The notes under the pieces: model-generated
Seen by the model: only the letters and a program-made list of their open reading frames with translations
The model's database searches: none
Told to the model about the DNA's origin: nothing
DNA from: Neocallimastix sp. 'constans'
Taxonomy: Eukaryota
DNA length: 64,000 bases
NCBI GenBank assembly: GCA_050613775.1
Contig: JBODTK010000155.1
Span: 248,001-312,000 of the forward strand
Direction: 5' to 3'
Translations under genes and position numbers: made by a program
Shown: piece by piece, positions 39,501-52,400 of the stretch
Layout: every line of letters begins with the position of its first letter
Numbering within the stretch: position 1 is the first letter of the stretch

Positions 39501-42500
39501 TCTTTCATAAAAGACATTTAAAGAAGGTAGTTCTTTTATCTCATTTGAACTATTTGTTTGAATACATTTTCCTTCTTCATTAATTGTGGTCCACTCACCA
39601 TTATTATCATAATATGTTATATTTCCATTTGGATAATATACTTCATAATTCTGAGTAGATTTTACCTTTAATATTTTTCCTCCTGGTAGAACTATTCTAT
39701 ATAACTCAATTTTATCAGAAACTTGATATTTTATATTATACTTATTATAAGATGTTAATTTTTGTTTAATTCGTCCATCTTCATAGTATTCTGACAAAAT
39801 ACCTTCATTTGTATAAAATTGAATATTAGTTTTGCCTTCTTTGGAAAGTTTAAATGAAAATGTTGAATCATCACTGAAATTAACATATAAATAATTCATA
39901 TATTTATCATTACTATTTACTCCATAAGATAATGTTGCAATTGGTGAAATAATATTATAATAAATCTGAGGTACAGAATCATATGTCAATGAATTAATTG
40001 TTTTTATTTGAATAATTACACCATCACTTGGATATACGTATAAATTCCTGTCATTATATTGAACTATATCATTGCTTATATTATATATATAATTAGTTGG
40101 TAATTTCTCATTTTCTATAGCAATAGGTTCTTTTGCTGGTTCAATAACTTCATTTGTTTTTGCAGATTTTTTTATATTTGGTGGTGAATTATTCTTCTTT
40201 TTATCAATTTTTTCATTTTTTTCACCTTTTTTATTTGTTTTGCTTTTTTCTGGAGTTACCGTTTTTTCCTTTTCTTTTTCTTTTTCATTTGCTTTTTTGC
40301 CTTTTTTCTTTGACACAACATTTTTCTTAATATCTTGTTGTTCCTCCAGAATTTTTTTATCTTGAGTTTCTTCATTATTTTTTTTAGGAATATATTTAAG
40401 TTCTGGACATTCAAGAAACTCTTTTCTATTATCATAGTATTCATAAAATAGTCCAAAGTTTACCTTATTTTTTACTTGTGATTTTTCAAATGTTTCTGAT
40501 ACTAAGCATCCAGTAGGACCAGGGCTTTTCATTATTACTAATGTACCATTTTCAAAACTTGAAATTTTATACAAAACCTCAGGATAAATTGCTTTATATT
40601 TTTCCATAACTTGAATCATTGTATCTTTATCATACTTTTCTACCCAGCAATAATCATCAAGTGTTACTGATTCACCACTTCCAGTAATATCATTTATTTC
40701 CATATTAAGTATACTTTCAAATTCATATTGGATTAATGCTTTATTTAAAATTGATTCTGGGAAATTTGAACTTTTGAATAATTCATTCTTTCTTAATAAT
40801 ATATTTCTTTCATTTGATTTACATGGACAATTTATATCTATATTATCTTGGTCGTTATTTGTTATATTTAGATTACATTGATTTATTTCTTTATATATCT
40901 GATTTAATGATCTATTGGTAATTAAAAATTTCAAAAACGTATCATAAACCTCATTTATATTAATTCCAATTATTTTTAATTTTTCATATAATACTTTATT
41001 ATTCATGTATTGATTATCTTTTGGAATAATATGATATTTATTATAATTAATTACTTTTTTTTTACTTAAATAATCCTCATTATTAATATCAGTACCCTCT
41101 GTTTTTTCTTCAATGGTTTCTTCGGTGTTTGCTAATGAAATGTTCGATATAATATCATTAAAATAGCAGTCAAATGATGAATAACCTAAAAATTCTTTAT
41201 TTTCATTATTTAAATTTGTTTTTTTTTGTATATTTAATATTGATAAATTCTTTGCTCCATTTAGGCTTGTTGTTGATGAATTTTGTTGGTTTTTTGTTTG
41301 ATTTTCCATTGCAGTTTGTTTATCTTTATTATTTTTATTTTCTTTTATTTCTTTAACTTCTTTAACTTCTTCTTGTTTTTCTGGTTCTTTATTCCATGGA
41401 ATATCTAATATTTTGAAATAAGGAAAAATATTATCTATTTTTTCTATATTTATTATGGGATCATTAAGATTCATTGTCTTTAATGAAAAATTTATTAATA
41501 TTTCTAACCATAATTCTATTGATACAGATGGTTCAATATAAGATGCAACTTCTGATAAATATTTATAATATTTTAAATTATTTTCTTTATCACATAATGG
41601 GATATTAATTATTAAAGTATTATCATAAAATTGGTTATATATATTTTTTCTATCTAAAACTTCATATATTTTAACAGCAACTTGATCAAAAATTGAATCT
41701 GGGTCATCCTTTTGTTTAAATGGAACATCACACCAAACAACATCTTTCCATATAGAATTTTCATCATTTGATCCTGTAAGCATTTTATATCTAATAATAT
41801 ATGGATTTAATGTTTTCTTCCATGTTACACTTGATATTTTAATATCTAATGGTTGATCATTTGATGATTCATTTTCTTTAATTTTACTTTCTTCTTCGGT
41901 AATAAGCATTTTATTTTGATCATTTTTTATTGAATAATTACTTTTATCATCATTATTTAAATATGAATATAATGATGATTGATCATCCAATGAAAATTTT
42001 GAAAATTTACTTCTGTTTGATGTACTTTGGGAATCTAATATATCTAAAGGATTTTCTATTTTCTTGGAAATATCTATTTCTGATTTCGATTTGTGAACTT
42101 CAGGGGGAATTGATACAAAACTTTCTGGTATTTCCTCTACTCTAATTAATGCATCTACATGTAAATCATGAATTGAAAGATAATCAAAAAGTTGCGGATC
42201 TGTAAATCCATATAATATATAATAAACTTCAGGTCCATTTTCAGGTTCATCATTAACTGCAATAGGAATTGGGTCAACATTAACTATTCTTTGTCTTAAT
42301 TTCGTTCTTCTTTTATTTTGATTTTTATCACCATTTTGATCTGAAGATTGATTGGATGAATCTTTATCCTGTTTCTTATCTTGAGTTCCATTTTTTCCAT
42401 TTTGGCCCTTTTTTCCTTTATCTTTATCTTTTTTTTTATTATCATCTTGATTTTGATTTTGATTTTGTTGTAATAAACCAGGTGGTTGTAAATTATTCAT

Positions 42501-43286
42501 CTGTTCTTCTTCAGCAGCCTTTTTTGCCAATGCTTCTTTTTCAGCTATTCTTGCCTCAATGTCTGAAAATTTTAATTGAATAAACTTAACTTTTAAAAAT
42601 TTTGATAAATATTCTAATTTCTTTTTTGTTAATTCTTCAAGTTGAGCTTCATTTGATAATTCTTGTTCTTGTGTATCAGTAGGTGTTGTACTAGCATTAT
42701 TTTGAGGTTCTTCATTTTTTATATCCGATGATTCAATATTTGCTGGTGGACTTTCAACTATAGGAGGAATTTGTGCCTCCTGTGATGCTAAAATTAATGA
42801 ATTTAATTCTTCTATTTTTTGAATTAATTGTATATATTCCATACATTCATCATAAATTTTTGAATTTTCATTTGCCCAATCATTAATTTCTTGGTATGAT
42901 ATAAAATGAAATTTTTTTCTTCTTCCCTTTGTTATTGATTCTTTTAATGATTTTATTACTTTAGAGTCCTCAATTTTTAAAGCAATATCATTATTTGTAT
43001 TGTTTTTACTTTTTTCATTTAATATCGAAAGCCTATCATAAACATTGCTATCTTCATCATCAATATCAGATATATCTAAACTTTTTTTAAAATTTTCTAC
43101 ATCTTCTTCTGTAGTAGTATCTGAAAAAACTATACCAATGAATATTTTCCAAGCATCCTCATAAATATTAACATTTAAAATTTCAGTTAATGAACCTTGA
43201 TTGATTTTTCCATTGGGTGCTGTTTTTTTTTTGTTACTTCCTCCACCACGACCCTTTGATGGAGATGCAGATTTTTTTGGTGGAAT
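36597..43286 (-). CDS. SPAG17: SPAG17/PF6-like axonemal central-pair protein (~2230 aa); frame is open 148 codons upstream of the first ATG (42842)
   Basis: DEPENGPEVYYILYGF, PKLFFIYNDGTGIELLRDID and a C-terminal PapD-like/ASH domain (EPKSCEFG...GPVSPGL...KIPI) resemble SPAG17. Confidence 0.8.
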   Translation of the reverse strand: MPPKKSASPSKGRGGGSNKKKTAPNGKINQGSLTEILNVNIYEDAWKIFIGIVFSDTTTEEDVENFKKSLDISDIDDEDSNVYDRLSILNEKSKNNTNNDIALKIEDSKVIKSLKESITKGRRKKFHFISYQEINDWANENSKIYDECMEYIQLIQKIEELNSLILASQEAQIPPIVESPPANIESSDIKNEEPQNNASTTPTDTQEQELSNEAQLEELTKKKLEYLSKFLKVKFIQLKFSDIEARIAEKEALAKKAAEEEQMNNLQPPGLLQQNQNQNQDDNKKKDKDKGKKGQNGKNGTQDKKQDKDSSNQSSDQNGDKNQNKRRTKLRQRIVNVDPIPIAVNDEPENGPEVYYILYGFTDPQLFDYLSIHDLHVDALIRVEEIPESFVSIPPEVHKSKSEIDISKKIENPLDILDSQSTSNRSKFSKFSLDDQSSLYSYLNNDDKSNYSIKNDQNKMLITEEESKIKENESSNDQPLDIKISSVTWKKTLNPYIIRYKMLTGSNDENSIWKDVVWCDVPFKQKDDPDSIFDQVAVKIYEVLDRKNIYNQFYDNTLIINIPLCDKENNLKYYKYLSEVASYIEPSVSIELWLEILINFSLKTMNLNDPIINIEKIDNIFPYFKILDIPWNKEPEKQEEVKEVKEIKENKNNKDKQTAMENQTKNQQNSSTTSLNGAKNLSILNIQKKTNLNNENKEFLGYSSFDCYFNDIISNISLANTEETIEEKTEGTDINNEDYLSKKKVINYNKYHIIPKDNQYMNNKVLYEKLKIIGININEVYDTFLKFLITNRSLNQIYKEINQCNLNITNNDQDNIDINCPCKSNERNILLRKNELFKSSNFPESILNKALIQYEFESILNMEINDITGSGESVTLDDYCWVEKYDKDTMIQVMEKYKAIYPEVLYKISSFENGTLVIMKSPGPTGCLVSETFEKSQVKNKVNFGLFYEYYDNRKEFLECPELKYIPKKNNEETQDKKILEEQQDIKKNVVSKKKGKKANEKEKEKEKTVTPEKSKTNKKGEKNEKIDKKKNNSPPNIKKSAKTNEVIEPAKEPIAIENEKLPTNYIYNISNDIVQYNDRNLYVYPSDGVIIQIKTINSLTYDSVPQIYYNIISPIATLSYGVNSNDKYMNYLYVNFSDDSTFSFKLSKEGKTNIQFYTNEGILSEYYEDGRIKQKLTSYNKYNIKYQVSDKIELYRIVLPGGKILKVKSTQNYEVYYPNGNITYYDNNGEWTTINEEGKCIQTNSSNEIKELPSLNVFYERLPVPNETKHIRSDMVISRYTDGLHRIVDFPNGIKISSSITKIVDIKDLKSNLNLNASNNIINHQQKLKDFDSLVNVYEFKMHQINVNNYDEEFKINEIINNKYIQYSCESDGFPKTIHYNGGTEIHSIYKSCEIIQYMTVTDEKKLICNKIRILKSGSSIDIFMDGKVCFIPYYNDNLSSSNYSRYNIDIKSEELIINDVTGKDVRIVQNRIYNNDDESNKESGNNNDDINKGSSNDNDNDNKESYNEKKEDINENINENNNENNNVNNNEYNNDSQNNKITNNEDINESTINSQNISKNSINKEAIEAMVYINSNSIASKNHIIESSNNSLLEDYGKQNIENEKKEETKFINNFYKKISTGKLLKYTNLNSDTDNNKDKIDINSKSICGLFNISNINKDVFSLKEDALNNSVIEKLMNTSFTEKILTHGNAPKLFFIYNDGTGIELLRDIDVYHIINEMNINIENDIIEEPLTDNSNGKSIIIVKKLDTNNILLKPDSKILIYKQLNRYPSLTLTDRKQVLDELIYYNNWLEMHNTFMENNCNIIDGIYNNIKIKDKDNEENINDDNTKKIMSNKLFYDNDKEETESEILQKYSELLLRNSIKSSNLELNNNKNIVEEINPNEVSEEHKRRYKILKNIEANEPKSRPVKGILKIDEEIKKSVRESAIFPKYFDTIDPSKIPKEDLNKYKKNDVKKKEWKNTNVMKLTNINSSISIKKKRNNDNKLINDDSKNSSLTSLYCSNSSVSLQNKMNVNNNYNNSNDNNNNISEESKECVSEKYMSNTEIESLDNDLIYKVKPNFDYQIIETGAKRKLKTISTVNESKSLDLLYTEASTNSNTINIKNLEKIYKTKFKYLLNVEPKSCEFGIIKENTKNTMKVSVLNKSNDIVRFKIIQPNSEYIRIKYKIGPVSPGLQIKMIVEVTAPETNSQLSINDFGQIITENEIIKIPISVVILPNKEFNEYNKKQ

Positions 43287-44009
43287 CTTGAATACCTATT
43301 ATATTTAAATAATTATAAATATATATTATATATCTATTATTCAACAATAGATATATATTACTCTTTAATATATATTATTATTTGATTAATATAATTTATT
43401 TTTTTTTATAAAAATAATAATAATTTTATTATTTACTGAAGAATAATAAAAATATAATAAAAAATATAAAAAAGATATCTTTTTAAGATATACAAAAATC
43501 GGAGATGAAAAATTAAATAATAATATATAAATTAAATTTTATTATTTTAAAAAGTTTTGGAAAAAAAAAAAAAAAATTTAAAACAAATATTTCGTTAATA
43601 TATAATACATTATTACAATCGATATACATTACATAATGAAATATACATATATTTTTTTAAAAAAAAAATAAATAAATAGTTATATATAGAATAATAAAAA
43701 AAAAATTTTTTAAAACTTAAAATAATATTAAATAAATAAAACTTAAAAATTATATTTAATATTAAATTTTTTTAAAAACTATACAATAATAAAAATAATT
43801 TATTAATAATTTTTATTACTACCGCGACCACTACTACCACTACTACCACCACTACCACTACCACCATTATTATTATTATAATTATCAAATATTAAATATT
43901 ATTATTAAAATTATAAATTTATTATTAAATATTATTATTATTATTTATTATTATTATATATTATTAAATATTATTAATAAATATTAAATATTATTATTAA
44001 ATGTATTAT

Positions 44010-44056
<47 letters not shown>

Positions 44057-45104
44057 TGTATGAATATTTGATTTTAGAGTTTTCATTAATCATATATATT
44101 TGAATATATATCAAAGTCAATATTAATTATTTTAAATGATCTTTAAAATACCAACACACAAACTCATATAATATTCATATATTTATTTTCCAAGAAGATT
44201 AAGCAATTATTAAAAAATGGATATCAGATTATAAATTTATTCAAGTCATAAATTAGAGTACAAGATTATCAAAAATATGTGAGTGTCGATTAGTATAGAT
44301 TAGTATTGCTTATCTGTTAAAGCCTATTGAAAATATTTAATATTATTGAATTAAATTATTTAAATTATTCTCGAAAAATGAATAAATAAATAATAAAAAT
44401 TTATACTTATTCAGGAAAATATTTTAATTGAATATTTATTATATATTTTATTTAATTGCAAGGGTTAAGAATATGATAATATAATTAACAGTATAAAAAA
44501 GACTTTCATATTTTATGCAATGAGGATAAAAGTGATATTAATCATAAATTATTAAGAATAAAACCAATTAATAACAAAGTTTGTTTCATTCAATGGAATA
44601 CTTTATCAATTATAATCATTGTATAATACTCATTTAACTCAATAATTGAATTTAATAATACAATTAATAATAAAAAAAATAGAACAATCCAAAATTACAA
44701 TCTAAAATTACATCTTGAAATGTTCAATAAATTATATATGATAGGTAAAATTAATATCTGTTATTTATAGCTACTATTTCTATTATTAATTTCATGTTAA
44801 TATTACAAATAATTTACTTTTTTCCTTTTTTTTTTTTTTTTTTTTTTCTATTATTCTTTTTGTATGTTTTATTATTTAACATATAATTTTTAAAGTTATA
44901 TAATATATTTTAAAATTTTTAACTATATTGTTTTTTAAATATTGTTTTTTCACTTTATAATATATAAGTCAATAAAAGACCATTTTTTAATTACAACAAA
45001 TTTCACTTAAATTATTAATATATTTCATGATTAAATAGCACATAAAAAATTGTTTTCATACAAATTAATTATAATAAAATTTAAAATTTATATATTTTAT
45101 CCTT

Positions 45105-45196
45105 TTATTATTACCATTATTATTATTATTATTTATTATTATTATTATTATTATCATTATTATTATTATTATTATTTATTATTATTATTATTATTA

Positions 45197-45233
<37 letters not shown>

Positions 45234-45239
45234 CATTCC

Positions 45240-45284
<45 letters not shown>

Positions 45285-45308
45285 CATTCCCATTATTATT
45301 ATTATTAC

Positions 45309-45368
<60 letters not shown>

Positions 45369-45518
45369 CATTCCCATTATTATTATTATTACCATTATTA
45401 TTATTATTATTATTATTCCCATTATTATTAATATTACCATCATTATTATTATTATTACTATTATTATTATTACCATTATTATTATTATTACCATTATTAT
45501 TATTACCATTATTATTAC

Positions 45519-45550
<32 letters not shown>
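45105..45550. repeat. Imperfect (TTA)n microsatellite
   Basis: TTA run interrupted by CCA/TTCCCA. Confidence 0.97.
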
Positions 45551-46080
45551 GAAGTAGTGGTACTATTAATATTATATTTAAGTGTATGTGTATGTATGAT
45601 AATAAAAAAAATTATTTAAAAATGATATAAATGAATAAAAATAAGATTAATTATATGAATTTTAATAAAATATAATTTTACTATATATACATTTTAAAAC
45701 TTTATATAAAATTTTAAAATTGATTTTCTCGATATGACAAATAGTATTTTGTCAAAAATAAAATAATATAAAGTAAATCAAATATAAAAATTATACATTT
45801 TATTAATCGAAATTTTTGTATTTAATTTTTAATTAGAATTTTATTCTTTTAATTCAAATATAAATAATAAAATTATCATAAAAAAACCCCTACTTTAGAT
45901 TTTTTTATTTTATATTATTAAATCAAAGAAAGATTATTCAATTATAATGATTATATTAAATGATAAATATTTAAAAATATTTTAAAAAGTATTTTTTATA
46001 ATAATAATATTATTATTATCATTATTATTTCTTCTTTTTTTTTTTTTTATTATTATTATTTTATTTTTATATGTATTATA

Positions 46081-49000
46081 ATGTTTAAAAAAATTCAAAC
46101 TCTGCCTAGGCATTTTAAAAGTAATATATCAAATCAAAGTTCACCTTTGCTAAATACTAATAATTTTCAAAATGATGTAACATATTCATTAAATGAAAAA
46201 CTTTCATCAAACGATAACAATTCTGATATGAAAAAAAATAATAAAATTATTGGAACTAGTACACTTGGAAGAAGGACAATAGTGGCAAGAAAATCAGTAG
46301 TAAATAATTATGATAAACATAATGGAAGTGTGTTGTCATTAGTTCGTAGTCAAAGCGGTTTGTTCTCTGGCAGCATTAAAAGTAGTAAAGAAAAAAATAA
46401 AAAATCAAGTATTATGAATTTAAATTTTTCTAATGAATCTGAAACTACGACATATGAAAATAATATCATTGCAAACTGCAATGATGATTCATCATTAACA
46501 AATAGTTACAATTATAATAATAATAACAATGAAAATGAGATCTTTCAATCACCCAAAACTCCTTTACTAAAAGTAAAGCATTCAAGAACAAAAAGTTTAA
46601 AAAATATTATTACAGGATCTGGAATAAAAAGAAGCCAAACCAATGAATCAATAAATGTTTTTGGAAGTAATAATACTATTAATTCAATTCATAATGATAA
46701 CAATCAAGACAATATTACACGCATGAAAAAAAAATATGATAATTTTTTCTTAACTTCCGAACCTCCAGATGAACAAACTATTAATAATTTATTCGAAAAA
46801 ATTATGGTAAATGAAATAATTAAAATAAATTAATTTCTAAACATTAAAAGAAATTATATTAAAAAAATAGTATTAATAATTTATAATTAATAACAATTTA
46901 AATAAAATTTCAAAATAACCATAATATTAAAATTTAGGATGATACTGGTATTGATGAAATTAAAAGAAATTATTTACGGAATCAGCCAACCAAAATCAAA
47001 TGGAATATGATTAAAGCGAAATATATAAAAGAAATAAATGAGGTAAGTACTTAATTTCTAATTTATATAATACAAATATTAATATCTATTAATAATATTT
47101 AATTTATTATTTCCAGAGCCAAATTATTAGAAAACAGTCAAATCATATAGATAAAAATGATAAATCATCACCAGAATACTTTATAAAATATTTAAGTGAA
47201 TTTTTATATATTAAATCTAATAAATCAGCATCTTCAAGAATTATGAACTGGGGATCAAATTTATCTGGAAAATTATATAATGTTCTTCAATCACTGAGAG
47301 TTAGTATTAAAAATCAAACTAAAGGGTAAATATAATTAAAAAGATTTAACAAGTGATATTTATATTAAATTTAAGTTCTTTTTAATAATATTTATTATAT
47401 TATTTATATTTATATATTATTTATTTTAATAAATAGTTGGGTTCATGAATTTGTTAATAATGGAGGATTGCAAATTTTATTAGAAATTTTAAATAAATTT
47501 CACAATAAGTCAAACAGGTTAATATTAATATAAATTAATAAATATTATATTAAACTAATTTATTGAAAATTTTGATATAATAAAATTAATAATACTAATA
47601 ATAATATAAATAAAAGAAAAGAAAAGGATCTAAATAGTGAAGCTGAAATTGTTAAATGTATTAAATATATATTAAATGATAAGGTAAAAATTTATAATAC
47701 ATTAAAAAAATAAAAAAAATTTTTTTAATAGAGATAAGGATTGTAATATTAATGATAAACAATAATAAATCAAATATTAATACTACAATATTAATTACAA
47801 TCTAGGATGAATTTAACAAAGTTTCAAATAATTATAATTTATTTTTAACGTTATGCCAATCCTTGGATTCTTCTTTATTAATAACAAAAACTCTTGTTAT
47901 ACAAATACTAACATGTATGTGTATATTTGAATATCCGATTGGATGTAATTTAATTATGGATACTTTATCAAAATTCGAAAGTATTAAGCAAAAAAAAGAA
48001 AATCCAAAAATTTTTAATACTATTATCGAATATACAATTGAAGTTATTGAAAGTAGAGGTGCTTTTGGAAGTATGGTTGGTGCAAAAAAAATATCCCAAT
48101 TAGAAGAAATTTCGAATAATATAGAATCATCTATAATGGATTATGTTGTATGTTATATAAATTTTTTATAATATCAACAAAATAAAATATAAAATTTATG
48201 ATATCATTCTTAGTAGCAATTAAAACATTATTAATTTTTAATATTTTTATAGTTATATGTATTTATATTCTTTAACACAATTCTTGATCAAATAAGCAGT
48301 TTAGATGTCAGAATTCATATTCGTAATCAAATGATGTCATGTGGTATGACTGGAGTTATTAAAGTAAAGTATAATATTATTATTAATAAATATATTCATT
48401 ACTTTTTATTAACAAATATCATAATTAATATTTAATTGAATCATAGAAATTACATACTTTTGCACCTCAAGAATTTCCTGAAATAATGGACCAATTAATA
48501 AATTTTGAAAAACAAGCTGGAATGGATAATGAAGAATATATTATTATCTATAAAAATATTATAGACAAATCAAAGGAAAATAATCAAGATATAAATAATG
48601 AGAATAATTTATTAGAAAATACTATTAAAAGAAAAAAAAAAGATGAATTAGATTTTATTAATTCTGAGATTATGAGGGATCCTGTAGCTTTAATCAATAT
48701 AATTAAAGAATCATTTAATGAAAATCCTTTAGATTTTGAATGTATATTAAGTATTCTACAACATCTGGCATTGCCAATTAAATTAATTGATGAAGAAAAA
48801 AAAATGCAATACTTTGATTTAATTGATACTATTATTTCTCATATTGTTCTTAATAATAAAGGATTATATAAAAATGACTTTTTCGATAATTTTAATTTTT
48901 CTTTAGATGATGTATTAAATAATTACCCAATGACTAATAAATATAGTAACAATAATATTGATGATTCAAAATGGAAAAATAAATATGATGATGCAATACG

Positions 49001-49371
49001 AGAAAATAGAAAACTTCAAATTGAAATAGTATCTTTGAATGGTAAAGCAATATATTAATAATTCTTTAAAATTTAAATTATTAATTGAATTAATAATATA
49101 ATATTATTTTAAATTTATTAATACAGAAAAAGAAAAATCAAATGAATTAATATTAAATGACAAAATTTCTGAGTTGTGCAATGCATATAGTAACAAAATA
49201 GAAATTATTAAAAAATATTTAAATGAAAAAGATGAGCAGTTAATTGTTTCTTTAAAACAACAATCATATGTAAATAATTTAAAGTTTAACTTTTCTGAAT
49301 ATTTATTCAATCAAATATATTAGTAACTATTTTATTATTATTGTAATAATTATACTAATATTTATATATTT

Positions 49372-49409
<38 letters not shown>

Positions 49410-52400
49410 ATAAAAAAATTTAAAAAAAGTTATTAGATTCAGTATCTCAATTAGTTAAAGATAATGTAATAAATGCTAATTTACTTACAATAAATAGTAA
49501 TACTGATCATATTAAAAACAACAAAGACATATTACAAAGTCTTGGTAAAAGTATTACTGAATTAAATAATACTTTAAATGAATTAAAAGAAACTAAAGAT
49601 AATGCTCCTCCTCCTCCTCATCCTCCACCCCCACCCCCACCCCCACCTCCTCTTCCATCAATGAATGGTAAAGGACCCGCGTCAATTTTAAATACAGAAA
49701 AAAAGCCTCAAAAATATTATCCAAATACTAAAATGAAATTTTTTGAATGGGAAAAAATTCCAAAAAAAATAGCATTAAATTCTTATATATGGAATAATAA
49801 AAAGAAAATTAAAGATATTGATATAAATGGAATAATTTCAGAAATTAAAAATGAAAACATTGAAGAAAGTAATAATGATGAAAAAGATCTCGAATGTTAT
49901 TTGGCTGAGGATTTAGGTGTATTTAATGAATTAGAATCATTATTTTCAAAAGTACAAAATATTCCACAAGACAAAAATACTAATAATACAGAATTCCCAG
50001 AGAAAAAACAAAAAGAAGAAATTGAAATAATTGATAATAATAGAGCAAGAAATATGAGTAAATATTAGTAATTAAAATAAAAAAAAGCTCTAAATATAAT
50101 ATAAAAATTATATCTTAAATATTTATTATGACGTTTATTCTAATATTATAATAGTGATTGCTTTACGAATGGCAATTAAATCATCTTCACTTGAAGAATT
50201 ATGTAATGCTATAGAGACGATGGATGAATCAATAATGACACCATCAAAAATAAAGCAATTAGTTCAACATATTCCACAAACCGAAGAAGTATCTTTATAA
50301 TAATAATAATAATAATACTTAATAAAATTATAATTTAATAATTTTTCTTTTAAATATAATATATAAGATCAAAAAAGTAAAAGAATTCAAAGGAGATATA
50401 AAAAAATTAAGATTAGCTGAAAAATTTATAATTGAGGTTTTCATTATTTATTATTTTTTATTTATTATCTATTAAAAATTATAATATTAATTTTTTCTTA
50501 TTTTATATTTATATAAAGACAATAAAAATTCCAAACTATGAACAAAAAATGTTAATGTGGGAATTCAAAAATGATTTTAACGAAGTAATTACAGATCTAG
50601 ATAAGGTAATTCATTGTACTTAAAATATTTTGCTCTAATATTTATGAATATTAAAAAAATATAATTAAATCTATTTTTATAAATATTTATTAGGATATTA
50701 ATACAGTACTAAATGCAATTCAAGAATTAAAAGATAGTGAGCATCTACCAAAATTACTTGAGGTTGTAGATAATTTGTTATTTAGATATTACACAAAATC
50801 ATCAATAAATAAAGTTAACATTTATAATTTATAATTTCATATTACAGTTAATCTTGACAATAGGTAACTTTATGAATGGAGAAACGATTAAAGGTGGTGC
50901 ATATGGATTTAAAATATCAAGTATTAATAAAGTAAGATAAAAATATGATATAAATCATGTTTTTCTTATAAATAAATAGACTTAATATATATTATAGTAT
51001 TAAAAAAATAAACCAAAAGAGTATATTTATAAAATAAATAATTATAATGATTTATAAATCGATTATTATATATATTTTTAATAATAGTTAAATGATATAA
51101 AATCAAATGATAAAAAAATGACCCTTTTGAATTATATAACAAGTGTAATTCAAAACAAATTCCCAGAATTATTAAATATTACATCAGAACTAAGTGGAAT
51201 AAATGATGCATGCAAAAGTAAAATAAATTAAATAGATAGATAGATAGATAGATAGATATTATATTATATTATTATTAACCCATATTATTTGTACTATATA
51301 TAGTTTCTACAAATATTATAAAAGAAGATATAACAAAGATTAAAGCAACACTAAAAAAAAATACAGCAATCTTAAATAACCCAAATTTTGGAAAAAAAAT
51401 TGAACCTAAAAATGAAGGTATATAAAGTATATATTATTATATATTTATTTAATATTTATTTTATGATTATTAATTTTAAAAATTGAAAATAATTAGCAGA
51501 AAAAGAAGATGATAACGAATATAAAGACAATAATGAAAATAACAAAGTGGATGAAAATAATAATTTTACTATTAAAATGAAAATATCCTTTTAATATTAT
51601 GATATATATATTATTTTTATTTTATTTATATGAAAATAAATAAAATAAAAATAATAAATAAAAAACAATAAATAATAATAATAATTAATTAATTAATTAA
51701 TTGAATTTGTATTATCTTTAACTTTATCATTACTCTTTCTATGAAACAGCGAATAACAAATTTTCAGAAATTGAGGGATTATATAAATTACTTGAAAAAA
51801 ATATAACTGAAATAACTGAATCATTTGGTGAACAAAATATTGCATCAGAAGATTTCTTTGGAATATTTAAAACGTTTTTAATATCATTTAATGTATTATA
51901 TATTTGATTTATAATAATATTTTATATAAATATTATTCATATACAAACATATATTTAGTATACTAAATGCAAAATTGCTTTTATTATCAATAATCATTTT
52001 ATATATATTTAAATAAATGTAGAAATCTTTAGCTGAAAATGAAAGAGTTAAGAAAAGAAATGAATTATTGGAGATGAGAAAACAAAGGGAAATTGAATTA
52101 AAGAAATTAAAGAAAAAAGCTTCACAAACTAATACAAATGGTAAGTAAATTTATTTTTAATTATAGTAAATTATAATAATTGTAATTGATAATAATCAAC
52201 TACAATTGTATATAATTCATAATAATTATACCTGTAATAATGAAGAATTAGCATATTAAAAATTTTAATAACTTGATATATTATTTATTTATTTTAATTA
52301 TTTAATAGAAAATGATGATGGTAAGATGATTGATATGGTATTAGAAACATTAAAGAAAAGAAAAGCTGTTAGCATCAAGAAAAATGATTTAACAGAAGAA

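Noticed and set aside
37327..42583. Short antisense and alternate-frame ORFs within SPAG17, pol and IMPDH
   Set aside because: Shadow ORFs of real coding strands, with no recognisable motifs
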